This document shows, one piece after another, positions 58,083 through 64,000 of a stretch of DNA of 64,000 nucleotides; within the stretch, counting starts at the first letter, position 1, and each line of letters starts with the position of its first letter. Where the stretch lies: NCBI GenBank assembly GCA_963699755.1, contig CAVOVB010000001.1, positions 64,001 to 128,000 on the forward strand, written 5' to 3'. The position numbers and the translations under genes are program-made. Source of the stretch: an uncultured delta proteobacterium (lineage in GTDB: Bacteria; Myxococcota_A; Polyangia; Polyangiales; Houyiibacteriaceae). The notes under the pieces are model-generated. The model saw only the letters and a program-made list of their open reading frames with translations, did not search any database and had not been told where the DNA came from.

Positions 58083-58994
58083 TTACGCCTGCGCGGCGTA
58101 GAGGTCCATGATGTCGTGCAAGAGCTTGACGGCATCGGCCTCGGACCGCTGGAAGGCGTTGCGCCCCACGATCGAGCCGTAGCCACCGCCCTTCGCAATT
58201 TGCGAGATCTCCTCGAGTACCGCGTCGGTGCCCTTGGCTGCGCCACCCGAGAAGATGACGATGCGCTTGCCGTTGAACGCGGCCTGCACGACGTGCTTGA
58301 TGCGGTCGGCCAGGGTGTCGATGGGGATGTTCTCGTAGCTCTTCCTGGCTGCGTCCTGAAAGATCACCTTGCTTGGGGGCTTGACCTTGACGACATGCGC
58401 GCCGAGCTGGCAGGCGATCTGTGCCGCGTAGGCCGCAACATCGATGGCCGTCTCCGCCTCTTTTGGCATGTTGCCACGTGGGTAGGACCAGACGATGCTC
58501 GGCAGACCGACGGCGCGCGCCTGGCGGATGAGGTCGCGAAGGTCTTGGTACATCTGATTGCGAAGGCCGCTGCCAGGATAGATCGTGAACCCGATCGCCG
58601 AGCAGCCGAGCCGAACCGCGTCATCGACGGCAGAGGTCAGCGCGGAGCAGGGCGTGTCCGGTCCACCGAGCGAATCGCTGTTGTTCACCTTCAGGATGAG
58701 CGGAAGCTCACCGGCATAGCGATGCGCGATCGACTCGATGAAGCCTAGGGGCGCCGCGTAGCCGTTACAACCTGCCTCGACTGCGAGCCTGGGATGATAG
58801 GCAGGGTCGTAGCCGGGAGGGTTCGGCGCAAAAGATCGGGCCGGCCCATGCTCGAAGCCCTGGTCGACCGGCAAGATCACGAGCTTGCCCGTTCCAGCGA
58901 GGCGCCCCGTGTTCATCAGTCGCCTGAGGTTTCCAATGATGCCGGGATTTTCACCTGCGTAGTTCGCGAGGATTTTTTCGACTCGTTCACTCAT
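58083..58994 (-). CDS. fbaB: Class I fructose-bisphosphate aldolase (DhnA/FbaB)
   Basis: ILPVDQGFEHGP, GFTIYPGS, WSYPRG, VKVKPP, FSGG, GRNAFQR. Confidence 0.94.
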   Translation of the reverse strand: MSERVEKILANYAGENPGIIGNLRRLMNTGRLAGTGKLVILPVDQGFEHGPARSFAPNPPGYDPAYHPRLAVEAGCNGYAAPLGFIESIAHRYAGELPLILKVNNSDSLGGPDTPCSALTSAVDDAVRLGCSAIGFTIYPGSGLRNQMYQDLRDLIRQARAVGLPSIVWSYPRGNMPKEAETAIDVAAYAAQIACQLGAHVVKVKPPSKVIFQDAARKSYENIPIDTLADRIKHVVQAAFNGKRIVIFSGGAAKGTDAVLEEISQIAKGGGYGSIVGRNAFQRSEADAVKLLHDIMDLYAAQA

Positions 58995-59105
58995 GCCCTA
59001 GCCTCCGTTTCTGGCGAAGGACCTTAGCTCAGAGACGGAGATCGGCCATCCAAATCGGAGTGACATTCGGGCGCAAGCCTTTTGCCTCGGTCCGCCTATG
59101 AGGGC

Positions 59106-59633
59106 CTATTCCAGAGCCGTGGCTACCCAATTCCCGGAGCAGAGCTCTTGGCCTACGAGAATGGAACCCTCACCGGATGCGGTAAGGCCGTCGAAGGTGC
59201 CGCTGATATCGAAATAGCCGCGCGGATCTCTCAGCCGAAAGGCGCCATCCACGACGGGGATATCCGGCGCATACGAAAGGAAGCCATCGCATTGTGCGAA
59301 CGCGATCTCGAGCGAAAACGCCTGACAATCCTTAGCGGACTCCACAGCCTTGGTCAGCGCGGTCCCGTCCGCGTTGAGGTGGAAGCAGATCTCCCAGGGC
59401 GCGCCGGGGCCGGTGTCGCCGGAACCCGTCCAGAGCCCTTCGACCGAAGCTTCGCTGCCGCCCGAGCCACCCATGCCAGCAGCGCCACCGACGCCGCCTG
59501 CGCCTGCCTCACCAGCCACACCGCCGGTCCCGGCAGCCGCGTCACCGCCGCCGTCCGTCGAGCCGCCGCATCCAGCGGCGGGAACGAAGACCAGGGCCCA
59601 CACGCCCAGCCCAATTCCGATGAATTTCTTCAA
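59106..59633 (-). CDS. Hypothetical lipoprotein with Gly/Ala-rich linker
   Basis: TTG start after GGGG; AAGC lipobox; GGxGG linker; VEGLWTG. Confidence 0.65.
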   Translation of the reverse strand: MKKFIGIGLGVWALVFVPAAGCGGSTDGGGDAAAGTGGVAGEAGAGGVGGAAGMGGSGGSEASVEGLWTGSGDTGPGAPWEICFHLNADGTALTKAVESAKDCQAFSLEIAFAQCDGFLSYAPDIPVVDGAFRLRDPRGYFDISGTFDGLTASGEGSILVGQELCSGNWVATALE

Positions 59634-59755
59634 TGCGCCCCCATGAATCGCTTCCTTCCCACAGTCTAGCGTACGCACCAAGCGCGCCAACTCGGGCACG
59701 ACACGGTGGATCTAGCTCGCGAACAGGCCACTCGAGCCCGCCCGAGAGACAGGGA

Positions 59756-61552
59756 CTATGCGTAGAAAGCGGCGATCTCCGAGGCGTACTTCTCGTTCAC
59801 GACGTTGCGCTTCACCTTGAGGGTCGGCGTCAGCTCGCCCCCATCCACGCTGAATACGGTCGGGAGAACCTGGATCTTCTTGATCGTCTGGTAGCGGGCG
59901 ACCTTGGAGTTGCAGAGCTCCTGCACCTCCTTTTCGATGTAGCGCTTCACGTCTGCGTTCCGGGCCGCGGTTTCGACGTCGCTCAGGCCGGAAATCTGAG
60001 AGGCCACCTCGAGCTCCGGCAGGGCCTCGGGGTCGAGGACGATCAAGGCCGACAGATAGGGTTGCCGATCGCCCACCACCACGGCCTGCCCAACACCGGG
60101 GATCGCCTGCAGGTAACCCTCCATCTCGGCGGGCGCGACGTTCTTGCCGCCGGCCGTGATGATGAGGTCCTTCTTGCGTCCTGTGATCGAAATGTAGCCC
60201 TTCTCATCGATCGCACCTAGGTCGCCGGTGTGCATCCAGCCCTCGTCGTCGTAGAGCTGGGCGGTCTTGTCGGGGAGGCGATGGTAGCCCTTCACCATGT
60301 TGACGCCCTTGAGCATGATCTCGCCGTCCTCGGCGATCTTGGCTTCGACGCCGGGAAGCGGCTTGCCGATCGTCCCGAACCGGAGCTTTCCGTACGGCTG
60401 CACGGAGGCAAAGGCCGTGGTCTCGGTCATCCCATAGCCTTCGTGAATCGGCAGGCCGATCGAAGCGAAGAACTCGAGCGTCGAAACCGAAATCGGCGCG
60501 GCGCCACTGACCGCAACCTGCAGTCGATCCAAGCCGAGCGCTTCCTTGATCTTGGAAATGACGAGCTTGTTGGCGAGACTGCGGGAAATGCTCGTCACCG
60601 GACGACCCGTCGCGGCCTCCTGCTTGAAGGCCTCGAGCTCCGTCTTTCGCGCCCAGCTTGCAAGCTTGGTTTTGATGCCGGTGGCCTCGGCGAGCTTGCC
60701 GCGAAGCGCGGCCTCGAACTTCTCCCAAACGCGGGGAACGGCGAGGAAGAACGTCGGGTGCACTTCGACGAGGTAGTCTTTGATCTGCGTGAGGTCGCTG
60801 CAGTAGAACGTTTCAGACTTCAGCGTGAGCCCCGCGAAGTTGGTCATCCCCTGTTCCGCGGCATGGCAGAGTGGCAGATAACTGACCGCGCGCGTCTCGG
60901 TCTCGAGAAGCGTCGGAAATACCTCGGCCACAGCATTGGCGATCAGCTCGATCCCCCGATGGGTGAGCATCGCCCCCTTGGGCAGCCCAGTCGTGCCCGA
61001 CGTGTAGATCAACAGCGCGACGTCGTCCGTCTCGACCGCGTCGAGCCGCGCGTCTAGCTCCGCGTCGCTGATCGAATCGCCCTTCGCCATCAGCCCAGCG
61101 AGGGTGATCACCCGAGGGTCGCGCGAGCCGAGGTCATCCATCGTGACGATGTGCTCGATCGGACTTTCCCCTTTGGCGATCGAGAAGAACTTGTTGAGCT
61201 GAATCTCATCGTCACAGATGACGATTCTCGACTGCGCATTGTTGATGATGTAGGCCATCTGCTCCGGCAGAAGCGTCGTATAGAGGGGCGCCGGAATTCC
61301 CTGAGCGGCGTTGATCCCGTGCTGGCAGATCACCCAGTCGCGCCGATTGGCCCCGACGATCGCCACGCATTCCTCAGGCTGAAGCCCTAGCGCCATGAGC
61401 CCCTTCCCCACCCGCCGAACGCTGTTCCAGTACTCGGCCCAGGTCGAGGTCGCCCAGCCCCCATTCGAGTCCCGATCGTGAATGGCGGGATCGTTCGGGT
61501 GCGCGTCGGCCCAACCTTCGATCCGCGAAAGCATCGTTCCTTGCAACGTCAT
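59756..61552 (-). CDS. Long-chain fatty acid-CoA ligase (second paralog)
   Basis: YTSGTTGLPKG, YLPLCHAAE, GYGMTE, TGDLG, GRKKDLIITAGGKN; RBS AGGAGG. Confidence 0.95.
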   Translation of the reverse strand: MTLQGTMLSRIEGWADAHPNDPAIHDRDSNGGWATSTWAEYWNSVRRVGKGLMALGLQPEECVAIVGANRRDWVICQHGINAAQGIPAPLYTTLLPEQMAYIINNAQSRIVICDDEIQLNKFFSIAKGESPIEHIVTMDDLGSRDPRVITLAGLMAKGDSISDAELDARLDAVETDDVALLIYTSGTTGLPKGAMLTHRGIELIANAVAEVFPTLLETETRAVSYLPLCHAAEQGMTNFAGLTLKSETFYCSDLTQIKDYLVEVHPTFFLAVPRVWEKFEAALRGKLAEATGIKTKLASWARKTELEAFKQEAATGRPVTSISRSLANKLVISKIKEALGLDRLQVAVSGAAPISVSTLEFFASIGLPIHEGYGMTETTAFASVQPYGKLRFGTIGKPLPGVEAKIAEDGEIMLKGVNMVKGYHRLPDKTAQLYDDEGWMHTGDLGAIDEKGYISITGRKKDLIITAGGKNVAPAEMEGYLQAIPGVGQAVVVGDRQPYLSALIVLDPEALPELEVASQISGLSDVETAARNADVKRYIEKEVQELCNSKVARYQTIKKIQVLPTVFSVDGGELTPTLKVKRNVVNEKYASEIAAFYA

Positions 61553-61616
61553 GGTCCCTCCCTGAAGAGGTGGCTACGCTACTCGATCCGGAGCGGGGAT
61601 CCTAGTCGCGACCGCT

Positions 61617-61664
61617 GACACGGGCACTGGCGCTGGCGCGGGCACTGAGGCTGGCACTGGCACC
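61617..61664 (+). repeat. Degenerate 6-bp tandem repeat (GGCACT-like x8)
   Basis: GACACG GGCACT GGCGCT GGCGCG GGCACT GAGGCT GGCACT GGCACC. Confidence 0.7.
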
Positions 61665-61694
61665 GTCTGCAGCCCGCAGCGCCACAGCCCAAAA

Positions 61695-61718
61695 TGGCGG
61701 AGGAGGAGGGATTCGAAC
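61695..61718 (-). mobile_element. att site: isolated 3' end of a tRNA-Ser-like gene
   Basis: Minus strand GTTCGAATCCCTCCTCCTCCGCCA (T-loop, acceptor strand, G73, CCA) with no upstream cloverleaf; phage-like genes follow. Confidence 0.82.
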
Positions 61719-61950
61719 ACTCCGCGAATTGACCCTCTAAACGAGATCACCGGGTTTTTAGTCAGGGCACCGCATGAGCGGGGCCGCAAAAACCCCAACG
61801 AAAGCCGAGAGCGCGCCGAGGGCGTGACACCGGCCGTGACACTTCCGGCGCACCGCATTGGTGCGGGCGCCTACCCCAATTGCAAAGAGCCGGCCTCCAT
61901 CACAAGGCCGACTCCCTTTTGCGTGCCCCAAGCACGCTCATGGATCACAG

Positions 61951-62286
61951 ATGTCCAGACCATACAGACAAACCGCCAATTCGTCCAGACGACAGCTCAC
62001 GCTCCTACGCGATGACGGCATCGAACATCGCGTGCTCAAGCGGGCCTGCGACGAAATCAGAGACCGCCCGACCACGGCGCCGCTTTGGATTTTCCGGGTC
62101 GCCCAACACCAGCGGGCCGGGCGGCTGCCGTATCGCAAAGCCTGGGACCGGCTCTATGAGGCCGGGCTACGGGCTGGGATGAGTGAACAGCGGATCACCC
62201 GGCACCTGTATTCTGGCTTCGCGCTGGCGAACGCCTTCAAGAGCGAGCCGCCCGAGCTCCGCGCGCTGGCAGGGGGGCTGCAATGA
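61951..62286 (+). CDS. Small helical protein resembling a primase C-terminal (PriCT-like) domain
   Basis: FRVAQ..RAGRL....WDRLYEAGLRAGMSEQRITRHLYSGF; stop overlaps the next ATG; start uncertain. Confidence 0.55.
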   Translation: MSRPYRQTANSSRRQLTLLRDDGIEHRVLKRACDEIRDRPTTAPLWIFRVAQHQRAGRLPYRKAWDRLYEAGLRAGMSEQRITRHLYSGFALANAFKSEPPELRALAGGLQ

Positions 62287-62468
62287 CCCGCGCCGACGAA
62301 ATGATCGCCTGCGCGCTCGAGTCGCTGGTCGACGACGGGATCTTCGTTCGAACCGGCGACCTGAACGACCACGGCGATCCCATCTACAAGCTGGCTCCCG
62401 GGCTCGAACGCCTAAGCGCCGGCGAGCTCGAGGCGCTGGCTGACTGCATCGGAGAGTGGAAGGCGTGA
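62283..62468 (+). CDS. Small hypothetical protein (wHTH-like fragment)
   Basis: ALESLVDDGIF.RTG......PIYKL; ATGA and GTGA overlaps on both sides. Confidence 0.6.
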   Translation: MTRADEMIACALESLVDDGIFVRTGDLNDHGDPIYKLAPGLERLSAGELEALADCIGEWKA

Positions 62469-63436
62469 TCTCCATCGTCCGCAACCGATTCGTGAAGGGC
62501 TGGCCCCGTCACGATGACGGAGAACCCGTCTACGTGCGTGAGCTTGGCGAGGCGCTGCCCCGTCCGTATCGCACCGATGCTCACTTCATGGCCTACGCCT
62601 CGCCCAACGCTCGCAGGCTGACGCGCGAAGCCCTCGAGCAAGGCGTCACGGCGCCGATGTCTGCGATCGTTTTCGATGTCGATTGCGCTGACGTTCACGG
62701 GACCAGCGAGCCCGCACCGCAGAGCTGGCGGGATGCGTTGCTCAAGAAGATCGCGCGACTCTCCGAGGTTCACCCTGCCCCGTACACCTACGGAACCCGC
62801 GGCGGTGCCCGCATCCTGTACCGGCTGCCCGAACCGTTCGAGATCAAGTCCCACGATGATGCGCGCCAATGGTCGCAGCTCTACGCGGTGGCGCTGGCCT
62901 ACCTCGCGCGACGGTTCGGCATCGGCGCTGACCCTGCGTGCCACGACTGGCAGCGGTTGTTTCGACTCCCATTCGCAACGCGCGAGCCGGATGGGAAGCC
63001 GGAAGCCTGGCCGACCCTGGGCGACCCGCACAACATCGGGACGCTGAGGATTCACGCGATGGTCGACGACGTGAAGGCCGCGCGGGCGAGCTCGAAGGCG
63101 TTCTCGAGGAGCCGGATTTCGGACGTCACCCTTTGCGCCTCGAGCGGCGAGGGTTTGCTGTACCACCTACTCCGCGCGCGCGGCGATATTCTCCGCGAGC
63201 ATACGCAGCCGGGCGCCTACGTCGTCCGATGCCCAAGGGAGTCCGAGCATTCAACCGGGCGCACCGGAGATGGATCGACTCTGCTTTACCTGCCCGCGGT
63301 GGGTGAACAGGTCGGCGCCATCCATTGCCTTCACGCGCATTGCTCGAACCTGAGCGTGCGTGATTGGGTGCGGTGCTTTGAGGACCGCGAAGTACAAACG
63401 GCCCGACGCGCGGCCGGGATTGAGAGGGCTGCGTGA
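62465..63436 (+). CDS. Archaeo-eukaryotic primase (Prim-Pol/RepB'-like) with C-terminal Zn finger
   Basis: IVFDVD, YGTRGGARILY, ADPAC.DWQRLFRLP; RCPRESEH...HCLHAHC; GTG start. Confidence 0.75.
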   Translation: MISIVRNRFVKGWPRHDDGEPVYVRELGEALPRPYRTDAHFMAYASPNARRLTREALEQGVTAPMSAIVFDVDCADVHGTSEPAPQSWRDALLKKIARLSEVHPAPYTYGTRGGARILYRLPEPFEIKSHDDARQWSQLYAVALAYLARRFGIGADPACHDWQRLFRLPFATREPDGKPEAWPTLGDPHNIGTLRIHAMVDDVKAARASSKAFSRSRISDVTLCASSGEGLLYHLLRARGDILREHTQPGAYVVRCPRESEHSTGRTGDGSTLLYLPAVGEQVGAIHCLHAHCSNLSVRDWVRCFEDREVQTARRAAGIERAA

Positions 63437-64000
63437 GCTTTGTCACCATGCCGGAAGAGCCGGCCAACGGAACGCCCGCTAACGTCCGTCCGATCAAGTC
63501 CTGGAAGAAACGCCTCACGAAGGGACCGAAGGGCGGGATCAAGAGCACAGTTTCAAACGCGGTGCTGATCTTGTCCCACGATCGCGAATGGGGCGGCGTG
63601 CTGGGCTACGATGAGCGCGGCGAGGAGCCGATTCTACTTTCGAGGCCGCCGTTTCTCGATTGCCCCGACAGCATCCTACGGACACCGCGTTCGCTCACTG
63701 ATGCCGATGACGTTCGAACGACGCAATGGCTCGAGGAGCGGTATGGGATGTCGCAACCGCTAACCCAGGCTCACGCTGCATTGAACGCGGTCGCGCGCAC
63801 ATCGCCGTTCGACCGCGTGCGGGATTACCTCGACGGGCTCACCTGGGACCGAGAGAACCGCCTAGACGACTGGACCACCGAGTACCTTGGGACGCCTCGA
63901 ACCGCCTACACGAAGGCCGTAGGGCGGCGTTGGATGATCTCCGCGGTGGCCCGTACCTATGAGCCGGGATGCAAAGCAGATCATGTGATCGTGCTGGAAG
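63433..64000 (+). CDS. VapE/VirE-family P-loop ATPase (putative helicase), partial
   Basis: Manual translation: ...VRDYLDGLTWDRENRLDDW..YLG...AVGRRWMISAVARTYEPGCKADHVIVLE; truncated just before the expected Walker A; not in ORF track. Confidence 0.9.
   Translation, partial: MSFVTMPEEPANGTPANVRPIKSWKKRLTKGPKGGIKSTVSNAVLILSHDREWGGVLGYDERGEEPILLSRPPFLDCPDSILRTPRSLTDADDVRTTQWLEERYGMSQPLTQAHAALNAVARTSPFDRVRDYLDGLTWDRENRLDDWTTEYLGTPRTAYTKAVGRRWMISAVARTYEPGCKADHVIVLE

Larger units (their letters stand above)
61695..64000. mobile_element. Left end of a tRNA-integrated element (phage satellite/prophage/integrative plasmid), continues beyond window
   Basis: att fragment followed by overlapping ORFs encoding an AEP primase and a VapE ATPase. 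Confidence 0.8.

Noticed and set aside
61695..61790. A complete fifth tRNA gene
   Set aside because: Only the T-loop-to-CCA portion is present. No D arm, anticodon arm or 5' acceptor strand can be folded, so it is treated as an att site.

Overview
GC-rich bacterial chromosome segment, most likely Myxococcota (Polyangiales/Sandaracinaceae-like). This is inferred from a eukaryote-type Ser/Thr kinase, a GltJ/AgmX-like protein, a Cys-rich vWA lipoprotein, a MYXO-CTERM-like tail and several sigma54-type promoters. The window holds about 60 CDSs. These include housekeeping genes (typA, rpmG, hpt, comM-recA, tadA, fbaB, rmuC), many lipoproteins, lipid genes (WS/DGAT cluster, two long-chain acyl-CoA ligases, PLD) and a tightly coupled sulfotransferase-aminotransferase-dehydrogenase operon. 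There are 4 tRNAs and the SRP RNA. Two accessory features stand out. (1) A stand-alone RAYT/Y1 HUH transposase (27677-28564) is associated with a REP-like motif, AAC[CG]TGGGA(CG). At four separate sites the motif is abutted on its 5' side by a tandem amplification of the local 6-12 bp flank, and one site lies in-frame inside an esterase gene 7.6 kb away. (2) An integrative element begins at a duplicated tRNA-Ser 3' end (61695-61718) and carries a possibly split AEP primase / VapE replication module that runs off the window. All calls come from motif reading only; no database searches were run.
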